The position numbers and the translations under genes were made by a program. Shown here piece by piece: positions 12,712 to 23,601 of a stretch of 64,000 bases of DNA; position 1 is the first letter of the stretch, and every line of letters starts with the position of its first letter. Under the pieces are notes generated by a model. It was given only the letters and a program-made list of their open reading frames with translations, had not been told where the DNA came from and did not search any database. Location: positions 42,493-106,492 of the forward strand of contig NIVC01003286.1 of assembly GCA_002269645.1 (NCBI GenBank). Reading direction: 5' to 3'. This DNA is from Macrostomum lignano. Lineage: Eukaryota.

Positions 12712-13882
12712 GACCGATGAGATGAGAATTTTTAGACAAAGCTTAAATAAAATTGAACACTTGTTTAATCGATTTGTATGTTTGAGTACTTCGAGAAACC
12801 CTGAGCAGCTGCTGTGTCGCTTGACCGTCGGAAAACTGGATTCTCGATTCCCATAGGGGTGTTTTTATAGGTAGAGCTCGCCTCGGCTATGGGGCAGCTC
12901 GGATTGGGCCAGGCGATGATGACGGCGGAACTGAGAGCGGAGAATAGGAAAGTAGAAGGGATTTGAGACCGAGGGAAAGAGGGTAATGGGGAAGCGGCCG
13001 GACTGCCTGCCGGGTATTTCATTAGCGCCGGCCTGTTCCTCTCTGTAAACGGATTATTCCCTCCTCATACACCTGCCTTCCCACCTGGAGTCCAATTGAC
13101 TCGCGAACTTGGTCTGGATAGAAAATTTGGGAAACGGAGGCCGCAGGGGAGAGGGGGGGGGGTTCCTGCTAGGCAGTCGGCTAAAACAGAAGAATACGAG
13201 CAGCAGGAAGGACAGCGTGTTGTCGCACCTTCGCTAGTTTTTTGTCGAGCTTAGATGAAGATGTTCCTCTCTGTTTCTCTGTCCCCTATGTAGGTAGACT
13301 TTCCACGCTTCTCTTTGCAGTAAAGTTGCCAATTTATTTCGCTAGCTTTCGAATTAGCTTGGAACGCACGTTCAAGGCGCGTGCACAAAACGCGTATAGC
13401 TATACATGTAGCTCTGCGACACCGATGCAAACGAAATACAGATAATTAAAAGAACTTGCTCTGCTAGTCTAATAACCCTGCCTTTGATGCTTTCACTGGT
13501 TCTGCGACAACTGCAACGTCCGACGGTAGCAAAGGATTGATCAATTTTATGGGAGATGCTGCTTAAGAGTCTTATCTAGGTTTTTACTGGCTATTTCGTA
13601 CATGCAAGAGCTGTGCATTTACAACTTTATTCGTTAATTGCACGAAAAATGGTACAAAAATTGCTTTCTAGCAGGAAAAAGAAGATAAACAGCTGATCTT
13701 TAGCCGTGAAGCGGATTTATCAAGTTAACTATCCTCTATTCTTAGAGACAGAGCAGAGACAAAGACAGAGTAAACCGTCTGACCCTCGCGCTCGCGATCC
13801 CGTGGTTCGATTCCGTGTGTCATTTATTTATTTATTGCATTCATTAATAGCTTCTGCACGAAAAATTTAGCTGGTGGATTGT

Positions 13883-14180
13883 CTGGGCGCCAACCTCCAA
13901 GATACAAACGACAGAAAATGTACATACCTAAAAAACTCTGGGCGCCAACCTCCAAGATACAAACGACAGAAAATGTACATACCTAAAAAACTCTGGGCGC
14001 CAACCTCCAAGATACAAACGACAGAAAATGTACATACCTAAAAAACTCTGGGCGCCAACCGCCAAGATACAAACGACAGAAAATGTACATACCTAAAAAA
14101 CTCTGGGCGCCAACCTCCAAGATACAAACGACAGAAAATGTACAGGCCTAAAAAACTCTGGGCGCCAACCTCCAAGATAC
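13883..14180. repeat. 55-bp tandem repeat, ~5.4 copies
   Basis: Unit CTGGGCGCCAACCTCCAAGATACAAACGACAGAAAATGTACATACCTAAAAAACT. Confidence 0.95.
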
Positions 14181-14924
14181 AAAAGACTATATTTGTATTA
14201 ACCGTATAAACAGAAGTAAGGCGAACATGTAGCATTTTACACGTACATGTGCTTACAGGATCCGTCTTTTACTCTTCCATGGATACATCTCCGTGATTGT
14301 TTTTACTAGAATATCCTAGGGTCTGTCTTGGGACTCTGAGGTATCTAAGATGCACTGTCTCATGGTGGGTTCTCTCGGCCGTTTCTTGGCGGGCGCCCCC
14401 TATACCCCTGTTGCCTACGCCGGTGAATGCTTTTTCCAAGGGCTGTCATTCATCGAGCTTCTGGAGGAGCACAACTTGTCGTGGTTCGATTAGAAAAACA
14501 AACTATTGGCATTTTGCGAATATTTTATCATGTCTGCCGTCAGGAATCGCTCTTAGAAAATATCAAAGCCTTCTGTTTCACCTGACGCGTCACCCACTGG
14601 GCTGCCAGGAGATAACTCACATCATTTTTAATCCGGAGGATGCCGTGCTAAATTATCTTTCAGATTTTAAATTCATCCCAGGAGTAGCTAATTTGAATTC
14701 TCTCGGGACAGACAGCCCCGCCAATGGAATAGGATTAGCAGACAGTGGTGGCATAAGCCACGCCAGAACGGCCGAATGAAGCAGCGAGCTGGTCGAGCTG
14801 ATGTGACTGAGTTAATCTGATAATAACAAGTTATTAAATATTGATATTTCATCAAGTCTTGACTGATTGAAAATCGGCACGACATTCTGCCACCCGCTCG
14901 ACATCATTGAAACGTCTTTAAAAA

Positions 14925-15605
14925 GTCCCTGTCCCTTGATGCATGGGTGCCACTGTCACTTGATGCGCGTCCCTGTTGCTTGATTATAATCCCTGTCACT
15001 TGATGCATGGGTGCCACTGTCACTTGATGCGCGTCCCTGTTGCTTGATTATCATCCCTGTCACTTGATGCGCGTCCCTGTTGCTTGATTATCATCCCTGT
15101 CACTTGATGCATATGCGTCCCTGTTGCTTGATTATCATCCCTGTCACTTGATGCGCGTCCCTGTTGCTTGATTTAAGTTCCTGTCGCTTGATGCATATGC
15201 GTCCCTGTCGCTCGATGCATATGCGTCTCTGTCGCTTGATGCATGGGTGTCCCTGTTGCTTGACTTGCGTCCCTGTCGCTTGATGCATATGCGCCCCTGT
15301 CGCTTGATGCATATGCGCCCCTGTCGCTTGATGCATATGCGCCCCTGTCGCTTGATGCATATGCGCCCCTGTCGCTTGATGCATATGCGTCCCTGTCGCT
15401 TGATGCATGGGCGTCCCTGTTGCTTGACTTGCGTCCCTGTCGCTTGATGCATATGCGCCCCTGTCGCTTGATGCATATGCGTCCCTGTCGCTTGATGCAT
15501 GGGCGTCCCTGTCGCTTGATGCATATGCGTCCCTGTCGCTTGATTATCGTCCCTGTCACTTGATGCGCGTCCCTGTGGCTTGATTATCATCCCTGTCACT
15601 TGATC
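14925..15605. repeat. Compound ~18-21-bp minisatellite (CCCTGTCGCTTGATGCATATGCG / TTGATTATCATCCCTGTCAC)
   Basis: Direct observation; accounts for the ORFs at 15100-15599. Confidence 0.9.
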
Positions 15606-17239
15606 GATGATCTAACAAGCTCTTTTAGCAATCAAAACCCTACACGATTGATATACAAAACGCCAGTAAAGATGCAAAAGGTATGTGCGATAACAAAAAT
15701 CGGTCAACATCTGGGCGTTAGAATGAGCCTCTTAAGCCTCAATAAAGTGAACCTAATAAAGCATATTGCTAGAAAATCTAAAAGTATGTATGTATGTATT
15801 TTGATCAGTTAATCGATCACTCTAAAGCAACAGTTATTGAATAGAAAATCTGTTCAATTGCGTTATTGAATATGCTTATATCATTTTATTCTCAAGATCA
15901 GACAATGGATAAAATTGCATGCTAAAAAAGATTTTAATATAATATAATTTAACCTGCTTGATGGTTCTGTACACCATGCGGCTGTATTCTATACTATAAT
16001 TCATCTGACAGTTACATAGAACCATAAAGCGTTTATTTATGTTCGTATGCTCTAAAAAATTGACCTTTATTACCAATTGATACCATATACATGTATTGTT
16101 AAAATGCGTGTAGACATACAAATTCCACGGGGGGCCGCGTGTGATGGCCAGCTCTGACATATGTAGGATAGCTACATGTACACGTGGAAGTCTATACGAT
16201 CTTCATGGTACCAGCAATTTTATTAGACAACGTTTGCTATACAAGTACATGTTTACATGTACCCGCGTTTGTAAGCAAAACAGTGTGGCTAGCTAAGTTA
16301 TAACCCACGCTTGGCAGCAGGATATACATGTACATGCTCTGCAAAGTCAAGCTGACAGCTAAAAAATAGTGACATGTACATGTAAGTTGTCCTTGCGCAA
16401 CTAATAGTAATAAAATAATACGTAAAATATTTGTTAAAATTTACAAAACGCTCATCGGTAGTCGCGGTGCTTGATTTAAATAGATCGACAATGAATGGGT
16501 CATGTGTGACGAGTTTATTTAGTTCGAGAACATGGGACTGATGCGCGTGCGCGTGCTGAGTCTGAGTGTTGATCTTGTCCTAGGCCAATATACGTATTAT
16601 TAATTTAACAACTTAATTGCTAGTCTGAATAATGGCGAGTAGGTCAGAAGCAGTATGGCAATGCCAACTGTTTACCAAAGGTAATCTGAGACGATAATAT
16701 AATGCTAATGCCACCAAGCCTACGGGTACTAAGACCAACACACAGAGCGCAGGCCTATCAAGAACTGCAAAAACTATCAAGAAGCAAAATTTGAATAACC
16801 GCACTAATTGAAAATAAAAAAACAAAATTAAACCAAATGGGGAAGTAACTAAAAAAGTTACAAACATTAGACCAAAATAGATATAGTTTTAAATATTAAT
16901 TGCAAACACCATAAATACGAAATTGAACATTTTCAATACAGAAGCGACGACGTTACATCCGCCCCTTTCCGCAAAAATTAGGGACCGGCCTGGCGATCTT
17001 ATGAATTCGAAAATAACAGGGCTTAAAATGTAATAAAATGTCAACGAAAGTTGTTATTTGTGCGTACTCGAACTCCACAAATATTGGTTGGGAATAAAAC
17101 CAGTAGACGATCGATTAAGCAATAAGTAACGATATAACATTCAGTAATATAACTATTTTATATTCGCGAAAAATTAATTGAGAGACAAACGGTCAGAAGG
17201 AATCAAAAGTGGATTAAGACATACGAGCGTACGAAACGC

Positions 17240-17715
17240 CAAAGGAGGCCGATGGTAGCCGGCAGGAGGCCGGTGGTAGCCGGCAGGAGGCCGATGGTAG
17301 CCAGCAGGAGGCCGATGGTAGCCAGCAGGAGGCCGATGGTAGCCCGCAGGAGGCCGATGGTAGCCGGCAGGAGGCCGATGGTAGCCGGCAGGAGGCCGAT
17401 GGTAGCCGGCAGGAGGCCGATGGTAGCCAGCAGGAGGCCGATGGTAGCCAGCAGGAGGCCGATGGTAGCCGGCAGGAGGCCGATGGTAGCCGGCAGGAGT
17501 CCGATGGTAGCCGGCAGGAGGCCGATGGTAGCCAGCAGGAGGCCGATGGTAGCCGGCAGGAGCAGGCCGATGGTAGCCGGCAGGAGGCCGATGGTAGCTG
17601 GCAGGAGGCCGATGGTAGCCAGCAGGAGGCCGATGGTAGCCGGCAGGAGCAGGCCGATGGTAGCCAGCAGGGGCCGATGGTGGCCGGCAGGAGGCCGATG
17701 GTGGCTGGCAGGAGA
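17240..17715. repeat. 21-bp minisatellite (GGAGGCCGATGGTAGCCGGCA)n in the Gypsy 3' UTR
   Basis: Direct observation. Confidence 0.95.
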
Positions 17716-18075
17716 CCGATCCTCCCCCCTAATAACTACAACTGCAGAACCCCCCCCCAAAGACGAAAGAAAAGAACCTAAGGTGGAAAGGCACAAGAAA
17801 GCTAGGAAAGTTTCACACCAGGCTTAGAGCGTTGCAGCAACGATAGCCCGCAACACAGCCAAGGGCAAACGATATGTGCGAAAACCAAAGCAGACCACCA
17901 GCACTAAAAACTGAAAACTCAAATTTACCTTTTCATGGTTACTCTAACGACTGCTGCAATGTCGTATTCGAATATTTCCATTTCAATATTTTTGGATTTT
18001 TTAAAAGTTTTTTTGTCAGTTAAAAATCATTAGTAGTGAGCAATGACCCCAAGTAAGCCCCATTAAAGTTAAACG

Positions 18076-21000
18076 CTAGGCGCTGTTGCTTAAATGTCCA
18101 TTCCTCGAACACAGACGCACTATAGTGTTCAAGAAACGCTGAGGCTTACGCACCAGACGGCCGGAACGGGTCGTCGTAATCGGCGTAGTGACTGGACCAG
18201 CTGGAAATGCTTCCACTTTATCACTATCCACGGTATCTTGCGCTGGTGGTGTCTCTCGACTACAATGGCTGCCACTCGTTGGACTTTCTGGACGCGAGCC
18301 GTCCATTGCAGGCATGGTAATGCTGCTTTCATGGACTCGAGATTCTGGCAGCTGTTCTTCTGTGTTGTTCGGCGGTACTTCCACTTCTGCACCAATTTCA
18401 GGTACCTGGTAATCCTGTTGCAGATTGCCCGAGTCTGCCACTTCTACGAAAGCGCTAGGCAAGCTTGACAACTGGTTTCGTGCTAAACGATCAGGCGACG
18501 ATGTGCACAGAAAATCAGGCGCTACTGTGCGCGGTGGATTAGGCGCTGGTGGGTGCGGTGGATCAGGCGCTGATGTGCGCGGTGGATCAGGCGCTGATGT
18601 GTGCGGTGGATCAGGCGCTGATGTGTGCGGTGGATCAGGCGCTGATGTGCGCGGTGGATCAGGCGCTGATGTGTGCGGTGGATCAGGCGCTGATGTGTGC
18701 GGTGGATCAGGCGCTGATGTGCGCGGTGGATCCGGCGCTGGTGTGTGTGGTGGATCAGGCGCTGATGTGTGCGGTGGATCAGGCGCTTCGTCATCCTGCG
18801 TGTTGGGAACTTCAGCTTCTGGTTCCGGCTCACTGCAGGTAGTGGCCGATGGACCCCAGGAGTCACTGCGAGACTCGGATTGATCATCGAGTTGGCCTAA
18901 TCTCGAAGGCGGAATCAGAGCTGGGACCCTGAGTTCGAACCGGTCGGCGATATCTTGGTACGTTTGCTTGCGGATACACCGCTTCATTCGGTCTACGTTG
19001 TAGATGTTATGACTCGGATTTGGTGTTTGGCAGATTGGATTGATGCGAGCGAATTCGGGAATGAGGCGGTAGTTTCGCTCAGAAACCTTTTGAACTACTT
19101 TGTATGGCCCTAACCAGACGGCTGAGTCTAATCCCCGATGGTCGGGGTTGAGTACCCACACCAGTTCTCCGATTTCGAAGTTGGAGTGAATGGTATTACG
19201 ATCATAATTCCGCTTTTGCCTCTGTTGGGCCTTACCTCGCTCCATGCGGGCGATCGCCGATACCTCCACCAATAGTTTGTGCAGCTTGTGTGCATAACAG
19301 TCTGGATCATACCTGTCGTGCCTTGGCGGGTTGAACAGCAGGTCTAGAGGCAGCACAAGTTCCCGACCGAAAAAGAGCCTGGCTGGGGTCCAGCCTGTGG
19401 ATTCGGCCACAGTCGTCCGGATTGAAAGACCGGCCAAACGAGCTGCATAGACCCAATTGACTCTTTTTTCAAGGCAAATTGCACGAATCTGCGCTTTGAT
19501 TGATTGTATGGTCCTTTCCGCTTTACCGTTTGATTGCGGCCTGTGTGCGGTGATACGTGCCATATCTATTTCAAGTAGTCTGGTGAGCTCGGCTACCGTT
19601 TTATTTATGAAGGCCGTGCCATTATCCGAAACAAGTTTCTCCATAGTGCCATATCGAACTATCCACTCGGTTAGTATAACTGTGGCGGTAGTTGCGGCCG
19701 AGACGTCTGGGACAGGCACGATCTCTACATACCCAGAAAAGTTATCTACTAGCACCAGCAAGTAACGGTTGCCCTCCTGCTCTGGGAAAGGCCCTGCGTG
19801 GTCAACGTGCACAATTTGATTTGGATAGCCTGATAAAATTGGTTCTAATGGTTCTTTATTCTTCCGTTTGTTCTTCTTAGTGCGGCAGCATACCTCGCAT
19901 TCAGCAATGATTCCCTTCACGAACACTTCGAGGTTTGTGATTTGGAACCTTTGTTTTAAGGCCCGGACTGTTTTGTTGATTCCGCAGTGATTAATGTCTC
20001 TGTGATAGCAGGAAACTAGCTCATCAACATCTGCTGTCTCTGGTATGATTATGAGGCGCTGACTGACTTGGCCCTGCTTAGCGGGTTTGACGCGAGTCAG
20101 AAGGCCATTTACAACCTCGAGTTCGTCAAACATGGCCCAAAGCGTTCGAATTTCACGACTGCAGTCCTGGACTTCAACCTTAGTTAGTCTTGGAGATTTC
20201 CCTTCAACGGCCTCAATCAATCTCACGAGATCTGTGCTAGATTCTTGAGCTTCTCTAGCCCATAGATTTTCGGAATTTTCTGACATCTTATCCTCAGATG
20301 TTTCTCCCTCCGGGTCCGGTTCCTGGGCTGTCGAAGGCAAGCTAAGTGACCGATGGCTTCTGACCTCATCCGACCCTTCATGGCTGGTCAAAATCTCGGA
20401 AGGATACTTCGGCTCTTGGTTTGATTGGTGGGACTCCGTCTGGCAGCAAGCGTCTATTTGTGCTGTTCTCAGTTGCACAGCGGGCATGCTGTCTGTATCC
20501 TCATCCTCGTCCTGGCACCTTTGCTCCTCCAACTTCCTAAATTTGTCTTGGAAAGCAGGGATTTTGCTGCACGTTGGGCAGTCATGGTGATCTGACCTAA
20601 ACCTGGGGTTGCGGCTGAGCATATCCGCGTTAACATGATCACGGCCAGGACGATGCTCCACTGAGAAGTCATACTCCGCAAGTCGTTCCAGTGGTGTCTG
20701 ACATACCTTAAAGTTGTAGACGTCAATGGTTGCCAGCCACTGAGCTAGCATGCCCGTGCTATGTTTTTTGGTGTGCAGCCACTGCAAGGCTGCTGCATCG
20801 GAACGCACCAGAAAACTGCGGTCCAAGAGGTACGTTCTGAAGTGTTCTAGCATAATGACCAAGCCAAGTAGTTCGCGCATAGTAGCACAATAGTTCCGCT
20901 GGGAGTGCGTGAATTTCTTGGACGCGTACGCCACAACGTGTTCTTGTCCATCTGGGCCTTCTTGTGACAATACTCCGCCAACTCCTTCGAGCGAGGAGTC

Positions 21001-23601
21001 ACAGTCCAAGATGAAGGGCCCAGCTGACGGCTTGAGGTCAGGATATGCTAGAACTGGAGGAGCACATAAATTGGCCTTCAACTCTTCAAATGCTCTGTCG
21101 TGATGTTCGAGCCAGCAGAATTTTGATGACCCTTTGGCCAACGAATACAGAGGAGATGCGATTACAGAAAATCGAGCTACAAATTTCCTGTAATAATTCG
21201 CGAATCCCAGGAAAGCTAGTAACTGCCTCTTGTCTGTTGGCTTGCACCAGTTTCTAACAGCGTCGATCTTAGTCGGATCTGCTTCTATGCCCTGGGAGGA
21301 GACGACGAATCCTAAGAAACGAACTCGATCCTTAAAAAGTTCACATTTCGATGGCTTGATTTTTAGATTGGCCTTTTTAAGTTGCCAAAGGACAAGGGCC
21401 AGGTGGACGATCATTTCGTCATTGTCTCTGGCTTTTATAATGATGTCGTCCAAGTAGATAAGGCTGACGCGCATTAATAAAGGTCGGAAAACTTTGTGCA
21501 TCAACTTGGCAAAGTTCGCTGGGGCTGTTTTTATCCCGAATGGGACAACTTTCCAGCGATAGGTCCCCTGGGGACATGTGAAGGCCGTGAGATCACGGTC
21601 CTGTTCTCGGATACCTACCTGCCAGTAGGCAGATGTAAGATCTAAACTTGAGAATACCTTTGACCCCGCTAAGCTATCAAAGGACTCCTCTATTAGAGGC
21701 AGCGGAAAGGTGCACGGTTTTATGACTTTGTTGACACTACGGTAATCAATGCAAAGGCGCTGCGAGCCGTCTTTTTTCCTAACTAAGACTATGGGAGAAG
21801 CCCATTCTGAGTTGCTTTCTTCGATTACTCCTTGTTCAATTAGCTGGTTTATGTGCCGATCTAAAAATTCTTTTTGCGCTGGTGTTGTGCGTCTTGAGGG
21901 TTGCGAGATGGGTCGGCAGGTTGGTTCGTTGAGCTCAATAGCCATCTCGTGAAGGTGTGTTTTCCCTAAATCCGTGTCATTTTTAGATATCGCACTGAGG
22001 AAATAATTTAACAGTTTTAATGTTGCTGTCAACTGGGTTTCTGACAGGGTGGACTCTTCTAGTTTGAACTGCTTCTTTAGCCAAGATGCTGTGCCAAGAT
22101 CAGGGTCGGGAAGTTTAGCAAGCTTGGTTCCCAGATCTTTGGAACTGCTAACTGAGAAGTCCTTCTCGGTGAGAGCAGTGTGCGAGATGGTCTCACCAAC
22201 TCTTAAGCTTTGAAAGGAGGCGATCTCCTGTCCCGCAGCAATTTCGGACGGCTGGTTGCCACTATTCAATAGGCGTACCAGGACATGACCAGTGCTGCTC
22301 ACACTATCCACAGAATGAGCCACAAAGAATTCCGAGTCAGAACAAAAGAGCTTGGTGCCCAGGAATCCAGGAGAGCCAGGATCTGCACCAATGACTCGGC
22401 TTGGCACCATGGTCTCTGATCTGGGGGGTAACTGCACGTTGCAAGCTGCAGTGACTCTGCGAGCTTGAAAGACTCCCCGATCGCCTTCAATCACAGGTAC
22501 CACTTCGCCCGCTACAGTTACCTGACCATCTGCAATAAGCAGGTTCACGTTAAAACCTCTCATAAAGTCTATTCCTAAGAGGACGTCTGTAACTTGACCT
22601 TCTGTGACTAGGAACACGTGAGTCTGTGATATTTTGCCCAGCTTGACTTCACAGTGTAGGGTGCCTAGAATCTGTGTCGAGGTACCATTAAATGCTGTTG
22701 CCGCTTGGTATTTTCTAGCAGGAATAAATGTATTGTTGATTGGATCGTTTGCAATCAGTTGATCTCTGACTTTGGTGCCCATGACGCTTGCATTGCAACC
22801 TGAATCAAGGCAAGCGATGACCTTGTTGTCTCCAATTCCCAACTGCACAAACATACTAGACTCGACTGGAGTATCGGCCGCCCAGGATTGGTCACATCGG
22901 ACAGGCATTTGGTAGCGACAGACCCCTACTGCTCTATCATGTTTGTGACCAGGATCTGCTCGGCGTAAGAATTGCACAGTTGTGCCTACTAACTGATGGC
23001 TGTTTGCAACCTGCTTTAACTCGTTGTCAAGGCTGGAATAATGGCAAAAGAGGGAGTCTGGCATCTGACTTGGCTGGATAAATCCAAATCCACCTTTCCA
23101 AACCGTTATGGTTCCTATTTCCATCATTGGGGCCATACCGGTTGGTCTTCCTCCTGCCCCTACCCCATTGGAGGGCGGTGGTTTCGGGCAGTCCGCAGTT
23201 AAATGGTCATGGTCGCTGCACCGATTGCATCGCTTAGGGGATTTAGACCAACGACTACTGTTCTTGTACTGGCCAGATTGTCCCAGATTGACAGGCGGCA
23301 CTTGTGAAGGAAAGTTCTGAAAATCTTTTGAATTATGATCTGAAGACTGAGTGGTCTGATTCTGTTGAACTAGTTTTTCAAGCTCGCGGATTCGGGCTTC
23401 TAATTCTGCTGTTCTGTCAGGGGCGGCAGCTCTGATGACTGGAGTTACTTCACTAGATAAGAGCTTCTTGACACCAGCAATTTCCCTGGCCTTTTTTGCT
23501 AAATCTTCCGCAGACCATGTTGGGTTTTCTTGACCCAGGAGGATCAGTCTTTCAGCAAGACCCTTATCTCTCAGACCATAGCAAAACCGAGCTCGCACCA
23601 A
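18076..23601 (-). CDS. pol: Gypsy Gag C-terminus + CCHC knuckle + cold-shock domain + protease + RT + RNase H + integrase (GPY) + Pro-rich repeat tail
   Basis: CNRCSDHDHLTADC (23188-23229); LDSG protease (~22800); YLDD RT (~21450); ILDCDSS RNase H (~21005); H..INH...C..C, VHVDHAGP, SDNG and AERTI integrase; WLGPY; 24-bp APDPPHTS repeats at 18520-18785. Confidence 0.95.
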   Translation of the reverse strand: MVRARFCYGLRDKGLAERLILLGQENPTWSAEDLAKKAREIAGVKKLLSSEVTPVIRAAAPDRTAELEARIRELEKLVQQNQTTQSSDHNSKDFQNFPSQVPPVNLGQSGQYKNSSRWSKSPKRCNRCSDHDHLTADCPKPPPSNGVGAGGRPTGMAPMMEIGTITVWKGGFGFIQPSQMPDSLFCHYSSLDNELKQVANSHQLVGTTVQFLRRADPGHKHDRAVGVCRYQMPVRCDQSWAADTPVESSMFVQLGIGDNKVIACLDSGCNASVMGTKVRDQLIANDPINNTFIPARKYQAATAFNGTSTQILGTLHCEVKLGKISQTHVFLVTEGQVTDVLLGIDFMRGFNVNLLIADGQVTVAGEVVPVIEGDRGVFQARRVTAACNVQLPPRSETMVPSRVIGADPGSPGFLGTKLFCSDSEFFVAHSVDSVSSTGHVLVRLLNSGNQPSEIAAGQEIASFQSLRVGETISHTALTEKDFSVSSSKDLGTKLAKLPDPDLGTASWLKKQFKLEESTLSETQLTATLKLLNYFLSAISKNDTDLGKTHLHEMAIELNEPTCRPISQPSRRTTPAQKEFLDRHINQLIEQGVIEESNSEWASPIVLVRKKDGSQRLCIDYRSVNKVIKPCTFPLPLIEESFDSLAGSKVFSSLDLTSAYWQVGIREQDRDLTAFTCPQGTYRWKVVPFGIKTAPANFAKLMHKVFRPLLMRVSLIYLDDIIIKARDNDEMIVHLALVLWQLKKANLKIKPSKCELFKDRVRFLGFVVSSQGIEADPTKIDAVRNWCKPTDKRQLLAFLGFANYYRKFVARFSVIASPLYSLAKGSSKFCWLEHHDRAFEELKANLCAPPVLAYPDLKPSAGPFILDCDSSLEGVGGVLSQEGPDGQEHVVAYASKKFTHSQRNYCATMRELLGLVIMLEHFRTYLLDRSFLVRSDAAALQWLHTKKHSTGMLAQWLATIDVYNFKVCQTPLERLAEYDFSVEHRPGRDHVNADMLSRNPRFRSDHHDCPTCSKIPAFQDKFRKLEEQRCQDEDEDTDSMPAVQLRTAQIDACCQTESHQSNQEPKYPSEILTSHEGSDEVRSHRSLSLPSTAQEPDPEGETSEDKMSENSENLWAREAQESSTDLVRLIEAVEGKSPRLTKVEVQDCSREIRTLWAMFDELEVVNGLLTRVKPAKQGQVSQRLIIIPETADVDELVSCYHRDINHCGINKTVRALKQRFQITNLEVFVKGIIAECEVCCRTKKNKRKNKEPLEPILSGYPNQIVHVDHAGPFPEQEGNRYLLVLVDNFSGYVEIVPVPDVSAATTATVILTEWIVRYGTMEKLVSDNGTAFINKTVAELTRLLEIDMARITAHRPQSNGKAERTIQSIKAQIRAICLEKRVNWVYAARLAGLSIRTTVAESTGWTPARLFFGRELVLPLDLLFNPPRHDRYDPDCYAHKLHKLLVEVSAIARMERGKAQQRQKRNYDRNTIHSNFEIGELVWVLNPDHRGLDSAVWLGPYKVVQKVSERNYRLIPEFARINPICQTPNPSHNIYNVDRMKRCIRKQTYQDIADRFELRVPALIPPSRLGQLDDQSESRSDSWGPSATTCSEPEPEAEVPNTQDDEAPDPPHTSAPDPPHTPAPDPPRTSAPDPPHTSAPDPPHTSAPDPPRTSAPDPPHTSAPDPPHTSAPDPPRTSAPDPPHPPAPNPPRTVAPDFLCTSSPDRLARNQLSSLPSAFVEVADSGNLQQDYQVPEIGAEVEVPPNNTEEQLPESRVHESSITMPAMDGSRPESPTSGSHCSRETPPAQDTVDSDKVEAFPAGPVTTPITTTRSGRLVRKPQRFLNTIVRLCSRNGHLSNSA

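Noticed and set aside
13780-13815. GGTTCGATTCC B-box-like motif
   Set aside because: No A-box or cloverleaf upstream; insufficient for a tRNA or SINE call.
14297-14900. 160-aa ORF between two tandem arrays
   Set aside because: It has a non-ATG start, no recognisable motif in any frame, and stops in the continuation. It may be a decayed TE or viral fragment, but I cannot support a call.
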